The notes under the pieces are model-generated. The model had not been told where the DNA came from and ran no database searches. It saw nothing but the letters and a program-made list of their open reading frames with translations. The translations under genes and the position numbers were made by a program. This document shows, piece after piece, positions 17,617-28,258 of a DNA stretch of 64,000 bases. The stretch is from NCBI GenBank assembly GCA_036378735.1, contig DASUVX010000031.1:9856-73855 (forward strand), in the 5' to 3' direction. Source of the stretch: Pseudonocardiaceae bacterium (lineage in GTDB: Bacteria > Actinomycetota > Actinomycetes > Mycobacteriales > Pseudonocardiaceae). Every line of letters starts with the position of its first letter. The first letter of the stretch is position 1.

Positions 17617-18441
17617 TCAACCCTGCCCGGGCTGCGGCTGGCCGCGCGGGGGTATCGCCTGCTGCGTCGAGGCGGGTTGGGAAGCCGGCTCACCGGCAGT
17701 GACTTCACCGGCGATCGGCGCCCCACGGATGGAGGCGCGGATCTGCTCCAGCCGGGACCGGCCCGCCATGTCCAGCGTCGATTGCTGTACTTCCAGCATG
17801 CGGCCCTGCACCGAATTCTGGGCCAGCTCGGCGGCCCCGAGAGCATTGGCGTAGCGGCGCTCGATCTTGTCCCGTACCTCATCGAGAGACGGGGTATTAC
17901 CCGGCGCCGCCAACTCGGACATGGACCGCAGCGAGGCGGAGACCTGCTCTTGCATCTTCGCCTGCTCGAGCTGAGAAAGCAGCTTGGTGCGCTCTGCGAT
18001 CTTCTGCTGCAGCACCATCGCGTTGCGCTCGACAGCCTGCTTGGCCTGGGTTGCGGCCTGCAAGGACTGGTCATGTAGCGTCTTGAGATCCTCAACTGAC
18101 TGCTCGGCGGTGACCAGCTGGGTGGCGAAGGACTCCGCCGCCTGCTCGTACTGCTGCGCCTTGGCCTGGTCGCCTCGACCCCGAGCATCGTCGGCGAGCA
18201 CCAGCGCTTGGCGGGCTGACGATTGCAGCTTCTCGATCTCTCCTAGCTGCCGGCTGAGCTTCACTTCCAGTTGCCGCTGGTTGCCGATGACGGCGGCGGC
18301 TTGCTGGGACAGTGCCTGGTGCTGGCGCTGCGCCTCCTCGACGGCCTGCTGGATCTGCACCTTGGGATCGGCGTACTCGTCGATCTTGGACGAGAACGAC
18401 GCCATCAGGTACTTCCAAGCCTTCACAAACGGGTTGGCCAT
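17617..18441 (-). CDS. pspA: PspA/IM30-family protein
   Basis: [38 protein letters not shown] followed by a long coiled coil. ATG 18441 follows GGAG. It lies downstream of clgR, as in mycobacteria. Confidence 0.88.
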   Translation of the reverse strand: MANPFVKAWKYLMASFSSKIDEYADPKVQIQQAVEEAQRQHQALSQQAAAVIGNQRQLEVKLSRQLGEIEKLQSSARQALVLADDARGRGDQAKAQQYEQAAESFATQLVTAEQSVEDLKTLHDQSLQAATQAKQAVERNAMVLQQKIAERTKLLSQLEQAKMQEQVSASLRSMSELAAPGNTPSLDEVRDKIERRYANALGAAELAQNSVQGRMLEVQQSTLDMAGRSRLEQIRASIRGAPIAGEVTAGEPASQPASTQQAIPPRGQPQPGQG

Positions 18442-18621
18442 CTCCTGCGCTGCCTCTCTTCGTGACCAATCGGGCCCAGCGTCACGCGCCCGGCCACGGC
18501 CCCACCCAGCCAAGCACATCAAACCGGCCGTGTGCTGCCTCCATGGTGTCAGGTGCGCGATAGCGCTTCCACCAACCCCAGGGAGAACCGGGGATATCCC
18601 TGACCTCCGGCACTGTCGAGT

Positions 18622-18903
18622 TCAGGCCGCCACCAGCTCGGCCGCAAGGGTATCGGGCACCTCGGGCAGGTACACCGGACCGAGATCGTCGGCCACCCGC
18701 CGCAATAGCTCGTCGAGGGGCAGGTCAAGTGCGTCACAGATCGATGCGAGTAGCTCGCTGGACGGCTCCTTGCGGCCCCGCTCAATCTCAGAGAGATACC
18801 CCAGGCTCACTCTGGCGACCCTGGACACCTCCCGCAGCGTCCGGTGCTGCGAGGTCCGCGTCCGGCGCAACCGGTCGCCGATGGCCTCCCGCAGCAACAT
18901 CAT
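18622..18903 (-). CDS. clgR: ClgR-like XRE-family transcriptional regulator
   Basis: 93 aa with [35 protein letters not shown], in the clgR-pspA and pgsA neighbourhood. Confidence 0.85.
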   Translation of the reverse strand: MMLLREAIGDRLRRTRTSQHRTLREVSRVARVSLGYLSEIERGRKEPSSELLASICDALDLPLDELLRRVADDLGPVYLPEVPDTLAAELVAA

Positions 18904-18990
18904 CGCGTTCCCTCCAGGGTGTCGGCTGGGCCTACTCGAGACCAGCTTGCTTGACCCCTACCGTACTCACCAGTCCGCCGCCCCGGCGTC

Positions 18991-19004
18991 CGCCGTGGGC
19001 GAAC
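18991..19004 (-). promoter_or_regulatory. Candidate ClgR operator GTTCGC-ccacg-GCG
   Basis: The minus strand reads GTTCGCCCACGGCG, an exact match to the GTTCGC-N5-GCG ClgR motif reported for Streptomyces (recalled from memory). It lies about 90-100 nt upstream of the clgR start. Confidence 0.5.
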
Positions 19005-19046
19005 GACATATCGGGTTCATCCGCCCCCGTCGAGCTGCTGACGCAG

Positions 19047-19640
19047 TTACGGCAATGCGACGGCTCGGCGACCGGACGCGCGTAGTCGTAGCGCACGCAC
19101 GACGTAGTCGACGCCGGTGACGACGGTGAGCGCTACGGCGATGCCCATAACCGTCCAACGCAGCGGGTAAGCAGGCAACGGAAGCGGTAGCACGTACAGC
19201 CCGATTGCCACCGCCTGTGTGAATGCCTTGATCTTCCCGCCGCGGCTGGCCGGGATCACTCCATACCGCAGCACCCACAATCGCAACCCAGTCACGGCCA
19301 GCTCCCGGACCGCGATCAGCAGGGTGACCCACCACGCCAACTCGCCCAGCAGGCTCAGGCCCACCAGTGCGGACCCGATCAGTGCCTTATCGGCGATGGG
19401 ATCGGCGATCGTGCCGAACTTGGTAACCTGCCCGCGCCGTCGCGCCAGGTCCCCGTCGAACCGGTCGGTGAGCGAGGCGATGCCCAGTATCACGGCTGCG
19501 GTCACCCGCCACGCAGGATCGGCGCCGTCCCTGATGAACAGGGCAACCACGAAAACCGGTACCAGCACCAGCCGTGACATGGTCAGCAGGTTGGCCAGGT
19601 TCCACAGCGAGACCCTGGTCGGCTGCGGCGGCGGGCTCAC
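19047..19640 (-). CDS. pgsA: CDP-diacylglycerol--glycerol-3-phosphate 3-phosphatidyltransferase
   Basis: CDP-alcohol phosphatidyltransferase motif [31 protein letters not shown] overlap with the rimO stop. Confidence 0.88.
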   Translation of the reverse strand: MSPPPQPTRVSLWNLANLLTMSRLVLVPVFVVALFIRDGADPAWRVTAAVILGIASLTDRFDGDLARRRGQVTKFGTIADPIADKALIGSALVGLSLLGELAWWVTLLIAVRELAVTGLRLWVLRYGVIPASRGGKIKAFTQAVAIGLYVLPLPLPAYPLRWTVMGIAVALTVVTGVDYVVRALRLRASGRRAVALP

Positions 19641-21085
19641 CGTTCGCCGCCGGCTGGGGCGATCAGCTCCATCGGCTCGACGACCAGATCCACTCCCTCA
19701 GCGGCGATCACCCGGCAGCGCACCAGATCGCCAAGGACGAACGAGCCCTCGTCGGTGAGCAGGCACTCGCCGTCCACCTCCGGGCCCTGGTGCTCGGCGC
19801 GCCCGACCGTCTGGGCGCCGTCAGTACCACCGACGAGACCGTCGACGAGGACGTCGACGGTATCCCCGACCCGCTCCTCGGCGCGCTGGGCGGTGAGCTG
19901 CTCGACCAACCCGCTGATCCGGGCGACGCGCTCGGCGATGGAATCCTCGCTGTGCTGGCCCGGCAAGCCAGCGGCCTCGGTGCCGTCCTCGTCGGAGTAG
20001 CCGAAGACACCGACGGCATCGAGCCGGGCCTCGACGAGGAAACGTTCCAGCTCAGCCAAGTCGGCCTCGGTCTCCCCGGGGAATCCGACGATCACGTTGC
20101 TGCGCACTCCCGCCAGCGGCGCAGGCCGGCGGATCTGGTTCAGCAAGGCCAGGAAGGCTTCGCGCGAACCGAACCGGCGCATCCGTCGCAGCATCGGCTC
20201 GCTGGCGTGCTGGAAGGACAGGTCGAAATAGGCTGCCACCCCTGCAGTGCCGGCGATCGTGGTCACCAGCGTGGGACGGGTCTCGGCCGGCTGCAGGTAG
20301 GAAACCCGGATACGCAGGATGCCGGGAACGGCGGCCAGCCTGCGCAGCAGCTCCTCCAAGGCGCCGGGGCGGCCCAGGTCCTTGCCGTAGGACGTGGAGT
20401 TCTCGCTGACCAGCACCAGCTCCCGCACACCCGTCCCGGCCAGCCACGCCGCCTCGGCCAGCACCTCGTCGACTGGACGCGAGACGAACGCACCGCGGAA
20501 GGTGGGTATGGCGCAGAACGCGCAACGCCGGTCACAACCCGACGCGATCTTCAGTGGGGCGACCGGTGAGTTATCCAAGCGTCGGCGGGGCACGCGAGGA
20601 CCCCAGCCGTGGCCGGGTAGCGCGGGCCCGGCCGCCAAGGCGGCGGGCCGGGAAGCTGGGGTGATCGGAAGCAGGGTGCGGCGATCCACCGGGTGGTGCG
20701 CCGGCACGGCCCGACCGGCCAGTACGTCCCGCAGCCGATCACCCAACTCGGGATAGGCGTCGAAACCCAGGACCGCGTCGGCTTCGGGGAGGCTGGCGGC
20801 CAGTTCGGCGCCGTAGCGCTCGGCCAGGCAACCCACCGCGACGACTTTGGCGCCGGTGTCCGCGGCGGCGAGCAGGGTGTCGATGGAGTCCTTCTTGGCC
20901 GCCGCGACGAAACCGCAGGTGTTGACCACCACCACGTCTGCCGACCCGAGATCGGCGCTGTCGGCGTCCACCAGCTCCCAACCGTCTTCGTTTAACCGGC
21001 CGGCCAGTTCTTCGGAGTCGACCTCGTTGCGCGCGCACCCCAAGGTCAGCAGCGCAGCGCGGGGAGACTTCGGTGGGGTGGGCAC
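19637..21085 (-). CDS. rimO: Ribosomal protein S12 methylthiotransferase RimO (radical SAM MTTase)
   Basis: N-terminal [12 protein letters not shown], radical [11 protein letters not shown], and a C-terminal TRAM-like domain. Confidence 0.85.
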   Translation of the reverse strand: MPTPPKSPRAALLTLGCARNEVDSEELAGRLNEDGWELVDADSADLGSADVVVVNTCGFVAAAKKDSIDTLLAAADTGAKVVAVGCLAERYGAELAASLPEADAVLGFDAYPELGDRLRDVLAGRAVPAHHPVDRRTLLPITPASRPAALAAGPALPGHGWGPRVPRRRLDNSPVAPLKIASGCDRRCAFCAIPTFRGAFVSRPVDEVLAEAAWLAGTGVRELVLVSENSTSYGKDLGRPGALEELLRRLAAVPGILRIRVSYLQPAETRPTLVTTIAGTAGVAAYFDLSFQHASEPMLRRMRRFGSREAFLALLNQIRRPAPLAGVRSNVIVGFPGETEADLAELERFLVEARLDAVGVFGYSDEDGTEAAGLPGQHSEDSIAERVARISGLVEQLTAQRAEERVGDTVDVLVDGLVGGTDGAQTVGRAEHQGPEVDGECLLTDEGSFVLGDLVRCRVIAAEGVDLVVEPMELIAPAGGER

Positions 21086-21150
21086 TGAGTCAGGGTATCT
21101 GGCGAGGGTGACGCTCCGGCCTGTACATCAGGGCTCGTAGGCTCGTCGGA

Positions 21151-21657
21151 GTGCGAACCGCCCTCAAGATCACTGTGCGCCGGGCACGGGTAGCTGACGT
21201 CCGCAAGATCAAGGAATTGGTGGACCTCTACGCCGGTGCAGTGCTGCTGGCCAAACAGCTCGTCACGCTCTACGAGGACGTCCAGGAATTCTGGGTGGCC
21301 GAGCGGGACGGCGCGGTCGTGGGCTGCGGCGCGCTGCACGTGCTGTGGGAAGACCTCGCCGAGATCCGCACGCTGGCCGTGTACCCCGACGCCGTCGGTC
21401 AAGGCGTAGGACACGCACTGGTTGAGCGGTTGATCGAGCAGGGTCGTGCGCTGGGGCTGCGCCGCCTGTTCGTCCTGACCTTCGAGGAAGACTTCTTCGC
21501 CCGGTACGGGTTCCGGACCATCGAAGGGGCCCCGGTGACCGCCGAGGTCTACGAGGAGATGCGCCGCTCGCACGATGAGGGCGTTGCGGAGTTCCTCGAT
21601 CTGCCCTACGTCAAGCCCAATACCCTGGGCAATGCCCGCATGCTGCTAGAACTGTGA
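21151..21657 (+). CDS. GNAT amino-acid N-acetyltransferase (short ArgA-like)
   Basis: 168 aa, VRRARVADVRKIKELVD ... GQGVGHALVERL. It occupies the same position next to ftsK and pgsA as the mycobacterial short ArgA. Confidence 0.78.
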   Translation: MRTALKITVRRARVADVRKIKELVDLYAGAVLLAKQLVTLYEDVQEFWVAERDGAVVGCGALHVLWEDLAEIRTLAVYPDAVGQGVGHALVERLIEQGRALGLRRLFVLTFEEDFFARYGFRTIEGAPVTAEVYEEMRRSHDEGVAEFLDLPYVKPNTLGNARMLLEL

Positions 21658-21665
21658 CACCGATG

Positions 21666-24113
21666 TCAGTCCTCGCCGCTTGCGCCCGGACCGCCCCGGA
21701 TCGAGTACAGCACCCCGTCGAGCTCGTCAGGTTTGACCAGCACATCGCGCGCCTTGGAGCCTTCCGAGGGCCCCACCACGCCCCGGCTTTCCAGCAGGTC
21801 CATCAGGCGCCCCGCCTTGGCGAAGCCGACCCGCAACTTGCGCTGCAGCATCGAGGTCGACCCGAACTGCGAGGTCACCACCAGTTCGGCGGCCTGCAGC
21901 AGCACATCGAGATCGTCGCCGATGTCCGGGTCGATCTCTTTCTGTTCACCCGGTTTAGCAACGGTGACCCCGTCGGTGTAGTCCGGGCTGGCCTGCTCCT
22001 TGGTGTAAGCGACGATCTTGGCGATTTCGGCGTCCCCGACGTAGGCGCCCTGGATGCGGACCGGCTTGGCGGCACCCATCGGCAGGTAGAGCCCATCGCC
22101 CATGCCGATGAGCTTTTCTGCGCCGGGTTGGTCCAGGATTACCCGGCTGTCCGTCAATGACGACGTGGCGAACGCTAGCCGGGAGGGCACGTTGGTCTTG
22201 ATCAGCCCGGTTACCACGTCGACGCTCGGCCGCTGGGTGGCGAGCACGAGATGGATCCCGGCCGCGCGGGCCTTCTGCGTGATGCGTACCACGGCGTCCT
22301 CGACGTCGCGTGGCGCGGTCATCATGAGATCGGCCAGCTCGTCGACGATCGCCATGATGTACGGGTAGGGGCGGTACTCCCGCTCGGATCCCGGTGGCGC
22401 GGTGATCTCCCCGCTGCGCACCTTGCGGTTGAAGTCGTCGACGTGGCGGACCCGGGCGGCCTGCATGTCCTGGTAGCGCTGCTCCATCTCTTCGACCAGC
22501 CAGGCCAGCGCCGCGGCCGCCTTCTTCGGCTGGGTGATGATCGGCGTGATCAGGTGCGGGATGCCCTCGTAGGGGGTTAGCTCCACCATCTTCGGGTCGA
22601 TGAGGATCATCCTGACCTCATCGGGGGTGGCCCGGGCGAGCAGCGAGACGAGCATCGAGTTGACGAAGCTGGACTTGCCCGAGCCGGTGGAACCGGCCAC
22701 CAGGAGGTGGGGCATCTTGGTCAGGTTCGCGGTGACGAAGTTGCCTTCGATGTCCTTGCCCAGCCCGATCACCATCGGGTGCTGATCCCGGTTGGACATC
22801 GGCGAGCGCAGCACGTCACCGAGCCGCACCATCTCCCGGTCGCTGTTGGGCCCCTCGATGCCCACCGCGGACTTGCCCGGGATCGGGGCGAGCAACCGTA
22901 CGTTGTCGGTGGCCACCGCATAGGCGATGTTGCGGGTCAGCTGGGTGATCTTTTCGACCTTGACTCCGGGACCCACCTCCACCTCGTACCGGGTGACGGT
23001 CGGGCCCCGGGCGAACCCGGTGACCTGGGCGTCCACCGAAAATTGATCGAGAACACCGGTGATCGCCTCGATCATCGCGTCGTTGGCCTTGCTGCGGGCC
23101 TTCGGCGGATCGCCCTTGACCAGCAGGTCGGGTGGAGGCAGCTGGTAGTCACCCTCGACCACCCGGTGCGCAGACATCGACGGTCCCGGCTTGGTCGCGG
23201 ACTTGACCGGCGGTGTCGGTGCAGCCACGGGCTCCACAGCACTGGCTTGGCCGGTGTCGTGCTCGGTGCCGGAGTCGTCTGTCTGGCTACCCTGCCTGCG
23301 CCGCGCAGGCCGGCGAAGCCGGGCGTCGGCAGAATCTGCATCGGTGACCGCGTCATCGGTGTCAGGCGTATCGGAATCGGCGGCTTGTTCCGGCGCCGCG
23401 CCGCGCAGCCGTCGGATCCGTTCAGGCACTGCTCGCACTGGCGTCCCGGTCAACACCAGAAGCCCGTAACCGGCCAGCAGGGCCAGCAACGGCACCGCCA
23501 CCCAGACGGTGAAGCCATCGACCAGCGGTTCTGCCACCAGGTATCCCACCGCACCCGCAGCGCGGGCCCGACCGACCGCGTCCGCCGGTGCGCCGGCCGC
23601 GAGATGCCATAGACCAAGCGTGCCCAGTGTCAGCAGCAACGTGCCAACGGTGCGCCGTGGCCGCGCCGCCACGTCAGGCTCGGTGCGCATCAAGGTCACC
23701 CCAACCCCAGCGAGCACTACCGGTAGCGCTACCGATGCGGCACCGAACAGGGCACTCAACGCCTGCTGGAGTCCGGCACCGATCGGTCCCCCGGCGGTCC
23801 ACCACACTGCTGCGGCGGCGACCACCGCGACAGCGATGACGCCGAGCGCGAGGCCGTCCCTGCGGTGCGCCGGCTCCAGCTGTCGGGTCCGGCCCAATGC
23901 CCGGGCGAGTTTGCCGGCGCCGCGGGCCAGCACCGACCAGGCTCCGGGTAGGTCACGACCGCCAACCCCGCGTTGCGCCCGACGGGCCGGCTGCTGCCGC
24001 GTAGTGGGTCGGGACCTGGGCTGCGGCCTAGGACGCGAGGCCGACTTCCTTCCCGAAGTCCGGGAACGCCCATTGGTGGCTTTTGCAGACGTCTGCCCCG
24101 CCATGTTCCACAC
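21666..24113 (-). CDS. ftsK: DNA translocase FtsK
   Basis: Four N-terminal TM segments, an acidic/Pro linker, a motor domain with Walker A GSTGSGKSS, and a gamma domain. The start is uncertain (GTG 24113 or ATG 24104). Confidence 0.92.
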   Translation of the reverse strand: MWNMAGQTSAKATNGRSRTSGRKSASRPRPQPRSRPTTRQQPARRAQRGVGGRDLPGAWSVLARGAGKLARALGRTRQLEPAHRRDGLALGVIAVAVVAAAAVWWTAGGPIGAGLQQALSALFGAASVALPVVLAGVGVTLMRTEPDVAARPRRTVGTLLLTLGTLGLWHLAAGAPADAVGRARAAGAVGYLVAEPLVDGFTVWVAVPLLALLAGYGLLVLTGTPVRAVPERIRRLRGAAPEQAADSDTPDTDDAVTDADSADARLRRPARRRQGSQTDDSGTEHDTGQASAVEPVAAPTPPVKSATKPGPSMSAHRVVEGDYQLPPPDLLVKGDPPKARSKANDAMIEAITGVLDQFSVDAQVTGFARGPTVTRYEVEVGPGVKVEKITQLTRNIAYAVATDNVRLLAPIPGKSAVGIEGPNSDREMVRLGDVLRSPMSNRDQHPMVIGLGKDIEGNFVTANLTKMPHLLVAGSTGSGKSSFVNSMLVSLLARATPDEVRMILIDPKMVELTPYEGIPHLITPIITQPKKAAAALAWLVEEMEQRYQDMQAARVRHVDDFNRKVRSGEITAPPGSEREYRPYPYIMAIVDELADLMMTAPRDVEDAVVRITQKARAAGIHLVLATQRPSVDVVTGLIKTNVPSRLAFATSSLTDSRVILDQPGAEKLIGMGDGLYLPMGAAKPVRIQGAYVGDAEIAKIVAYTKEQASPDYTDGVTVAKPGEQKEIDPDIGDDLDVLLQAAELVVTSQFGSTSMLQRKLRVGFAKAGRLMDLLESRGVVGPSEGSKARDVLVKPDELDGVLYSIRGGPGASGED

Positions 24114-24284
24114 GCTAGCCCGCCCGCCCCCTTCTACGGTCTGCTTCGGCCGACCCCACCGGCCGCAATCGGCATCTGCCCTGACGGCGCTCCCCTGCCG
24201 CCCCCATGGTGGCCCGCAAACGTAGTGAAGGCGTCCGCGACACGCCGACGCCGCCGCGGTGACCGTCCAGCCCCGATGACCTCA

Positions 24285-24338
24285 CCCCGGTGCCCGGTGT
24301 GTCGCTCCCCGGTGCCCGGTGTGTCGCTCCCCGGTGCG
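24285..24338. repeat. 22-bp tandem repeat, locus B (about 2.5 units of cggtgtgtcgctccccggtgcc)
   Basis: Read directly in the rnj-ftsK spacer. Related to locus A at 16175-16210. Confidence 0.7.
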
Positions 24339-24420
24339 CGACAGCAGAGCTCGCGGGTTGGTAACCGAAAAGTGCAGCGGTGACGAGGGTTGGCGGTACT
24401 TGAAGGGCGACCAACGGCGG

Positions 24421-26139
24421 TCAGCCGACGGGCAGCACGGTGGGAACGATCATCGGGCGGCGCCGATAGGTATCCGAGACCCACCGGCCGACCACTCGGC
24501 GTACCGCCTGCGCGATGCGGTGCGGGTCGGTGATTCCCTCGACCTCGGTGCGAGCCAGTTCCATCTCCACCAGCGGCACGACACCATCGAGCGCCTTGGG
24601 GTCGTCGGAGAATCCCCGTCCCGAGATTGTCGGCGGCGCCACCGCCCGCCCGGTCGCCGACTCGACCACCACGGTGATCGCGATGAACCCACCTTCGCCG
24701 AGGATGAGCCGGTCGGACAGGGTGGACTCCCCCACGTCACCTACCGACAGCCCGTCCACGTACACCTGCCCGACCTCGACCCGGCCGGTGATCTCCGCGC
24801 GGCCGTCCACCAGATCCACGACCACACCGTCCTCAGCGATGACCACGCGCTCCGGCGCCACCCCGGTGCGGACGGCCAAGGCGGCGTTGGCCCGCAGGTG
24901 CCGCCATTCGCCGTGCACCGGCATGACGTTGGAGGGGCGGATCGCGTTGTAGAGGAACAGCAACTCCCCAGCCGGCGCATGCCCGGACACGTGAACCTTG
25001 GCTGTGCCCTGGTGAACCACCGTGGCGCCCAGCCGGGTCAACCCGTTGACGACCCGGAACACCGACGTCTCATTGCCCGGGATGAGCGAGCTGGCCAGCA
25101 CGACGGTGTCCCCCGACCGGATACGGATCTGCCGGTGCTCGCCGCGCGCCATGCGCGACAGCGCTGACAGGGGTTCGCCCTGCGAGCCGGTGGAGACGAA
25201 CAGGACCCGGTGCTCGGGCATCGCCAGCGCCTCGTCGAGGTCGACCAGCAGCCCTGGCGGCATCCGGAGCAGCCCGAGATCGACCGCGACGCCCATGTTG
25301 CGCACCATCGACCGACCAACCAACGCCACCTTGCGTTGGTTCGCGGCGGCCACGTCGAGCACCTGCTGGACCCGGTGTACATGGCTGGCGAAGCAGGCCA
25401 CGATGACCCGCTGGGTGGCCTTGCCGATCACCGAGTCCAGTACCGGGCCGATGTCCCGCTCCGGGCTGACAAAACCGGGTACCTCAGCGTTGGTGGAATC
25501 GATCAGAAGAAGGTCAACACCTTCGTCACCGAGCCGGGAGAACCCGGCGAGATCGGTCAATCGCCCATCCAGCGGTAACTGGTCCAGCTTGACGTCGCCG
25601 GTGTGCAGTACCAGGCCGGCCGGGGTACGAATGGCCACCGCCAGCGCATCGGGGATGGAGTGGTTGACCGTGAAGAACTCGCAGTCGAACGGCCCGCAGT
25701 GATGCCGAGTGGTTGCCCCGACCTGAACCAGCTGCGGCTTCTGGTGGTGCTCGCGGCATTTATCGGCGACCAGCGCGAGGGTGAACTCAGAGCCCACGAC
25801 CGGCAGGTCCGGACGCAACCTGAGCAGGAACGGCACCGCACCGATGTGGTCTTCGTGCCCGTGGGTCAGGACCAGCGCCTCAATGTCGTCCAGCCGGTGC
25901 TCGAGCGCGCGAAAGTCGGGCAGGATGAGGTCCACCCCGGGTGCATCGTCCTCAGGGAACAACACCCCACAGTCGATCACCAGCAACCGATCGGCATGCT
26001 CGAAGACGGTCATGTTGCGGCCGATCTCTCCGATGCCACCGAGGGCGACCGCGCGGAGGCCACCCTCGGCTAGCGGCGGTGGCGCTGCGGTCGGGACTCC
26101 CGGTACTGGCAGTGGGGTCCCGGTCGGAACAGCGCTCAT
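24421..26139 (-). CDS. rnj: Ribonuclease J
   Basis: Metallo-beta-lactamase motif HGHEDHIG and a beta-CASP layout. 572 aa. Confidence 0.92.
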   Translation of the reverse strand: MSAVPTGTPLPVPGVPTAAPPPLAEGGLRAVALGGIGEIGRNMTVFEHADRLLVIDCGVLFPEDDAPGVDLILPDFRALEHRLDDIEALVLTHGHEDHIGAVPFLLRLRPDLPVVGSEFTLALVADKCREHHQKPQLVQVGATTRHHCGPFDCEFFTVNHSIPDALAVAIRTPAGLVLHTGDVKLDQLPLDGRLTDLAGFSRLGDEGVDLLLIDSTNAEVPGFVSPERDIGPVLDSVIGKATQRVIVACFASHVHRVQQVLDVAAANQRKVALVGRSMVRNMGVAVDLGLLRMPPGLLVDLDEALAMPEHRVLFVSTGSQGEPLSALSRMARGEHRQIRIRSGDTVVLASSLIPGNETSVFRVVNGLTRLGATVVHQGTAKVHVSGHAPAGELLFLYNAIRPSNVMPVHGEWRHLRANAALAVRTGVAPERVVIAEDGVVVDLVDGRAEITGRVEVGQVYVDGLSVGDVGESTLSDRLILGEGGFIAITVVVESATGRAVAPPTISGRGFSDDPKALDGVVPLVEMELARTEVEGITDPHRIAQAVRRVVGRWVSDTYRRRPMIVPTVLPVG

Positions 26140-26163
26140 GCCTCGACCCTGACGGCAACCACG

Positions 26164-26223
26164 GCTCGACCCTGCAAGCAGGTCTCAGCAACAACTGCTC
26201 GACCCTGCAAGCAGGTCTCAGCA
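26164..26223. repeat. Perfect 27-nt direct repeat x2 (gctcgaccctgcaagcaggtctcagca), 33-bp period, in the dapA-rnj spacer
   Basis: Copies at 26164-26190 and 26197-26223. A partial third copy (ctcgaccctg) lies at 26142-26151. Confidence 0.85.
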
Positions 26224-26230
26224 CGCGCGC

Positions 26231-27196
<966 letters not shown>

Positions 27197-27838
27197 CTAC
27201 AGCCCCCGCTGGCTGCTCTGCAACCCAGCCACGTCGATCTGGTCGCCTTCGACCTTGACCACCGCACAATCGCGACCGAAGGCGTGCAACGTCAGCTCCT
27301 CAGGCGAGCCAACCAGAACGACGGAACGCTCGGCGCGCCGCGCGGTGCGCTCCCATCCCTGCGGAGTACGCAGCACGATCCCAACTGGCGAGTGCCGGTA
27401 CAACAGCCAGGCCGCCCTGCCGAGCAAGGTCCACAGCGCCCGAGCCCTGCGCTCGTCGGCCTGTCGCGGTGCCCACTGCGGTTGGGCCCGCCGCACATCC
27501 TCGTGGTGAACGAAGAACTCCATCGTGTTGGCCCGATCGCCGAGGCGCGGCAAGCGCCACGGCGACCACCAGGGCGGCCCGTTGCGGATCTGCTCAACGA
27601 GGTCCGCCCAAGGCCGTCGGGTAATGCTGCGCTGCACCCGAGCGGTGTATCCGGCCAACGACGGCAGCAGGATGCCAGGCGCCGCATCCAGCCGGCCCTC
27701 CCGGAGGACCAGATGTGCTGCAAGATCCCGGGTCGTCCACCCCTCGCACAGCGTCGCAGCGTCCGGGCCCAGCTGATACATCAGTTCGCACAGCTCGTGC
27801 CGTTCGCCGGCCGCTAGCGTCTCCATCGACTGCGTCAC
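27197..27838 (-). CDS. TIGR03085-like / mycothiol-dependent maleylpyruvate-isomerase N-terminal (DinB-fold) family protein
   Basis: LCEGWTTRDLAAHLVLRE ... EFFVHHEDVRRA pattern, recognised from memory of this family. Confidence 0.7.
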   Translation of the reverse strand: MTQSMETLAAGERHELCELMYQLGPDAATLCEGWTTRDLAAHLVLREGRLDAAPGILLPSLAGYTARVQRSITRRPWADLVEQIRNGPPWWSPWRLPRLGDRANTMEFFVHHEDVRRAQPQWAPRQADERRARALWTLLGRAAWLLYRHSPVGIVLRTPQGWERTARRAERSVVLVGSPEELTLHAFGRDCAVVKVEGDQIDVAGLQSSQRGL

Positions 27839-28245
27839 CCTTCCCGGTCGGGCCCGGCCGAGGTTAGCTCGATTTGCAGGAGCACCCGCCGCTCACGTTG
27901 CATTGCCGCCCGGTAGTCGTCCCAGTCCGGATGTTCGCCGGAGATCCGGCGGTAGTAGTCCACCAGTGCGTCCATCGCCTTGGGCAGCTCCACGATCCGC
28001 ACCGAGCCACCGACCTGGATCCAGCGGCCGTAGAAACCGTCGGGCAGCACACACAACCACGCTCGCGGGTCCCGGCGCAGGTTGCGCACCTTGAACGCAG
28101 CCTCCCGGCTGCTTACTACCACGTGACCCTGTCCGTCGACGGTGGCAAGCACCGGGGACATCTGCGGGGTGCCATCTCGGCGCAGAGTGGCCAGCACCAC
28201 GTGATGCTGCTCAGCGATCACCACACGTGCTTCGTCCAGGTCCAT
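27835..28245 (-). CDS. PPOX-class (probably F420-dependent) split-barrel oxidoreductase
   Basis: 136 aa, HHVVLATLRRDGTPQMSPV ... GHVVVSS, pyridoxamine-5-phosphate-oxidase-like. Confidence 0.72.
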   Translation of the reverse strand: MDLDEARVVIAEQHHVVLATLRRDGTPQMSPVLATVDGQGHVVVSSREAAFKVRNLRRDPRAWLCVLPDGFYGRWIQVGGSVRIVELPKAMDALVDYYRRISGEHPDWDDYRAAMQRERRVLLQIELTSAGPDREG

Positions 28246-28258
28246 AGCCGCACGTTAC

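Noticed and set aside
19006-19017. A fifth copy of the palindromic element.
   Set aside because: Only a 12-nt one-arm fragment (GACATATCGGGT) matches, with no partner arm. It is mentioned only as a possible relic.
24114-24420. Small minus-strand ORFs (99 and 116 aa) in the rnj-ftsK spacer.
   Set aside because: They are Arg/Gly/Pro-rich, overlap the 22-bp tandem repeat, have no SD or motif support, and are mutually overlapping frames.
26197-26223. A stable CUUG-tetraloop hairpin inside each dapA-rnj repeat unit.
   Set aside because: Re-indexing showed that only 4-5 bp (CCTG/CAGG) can pair, because an extra C breaks the extended stem. It is reported only as a direct repeat.
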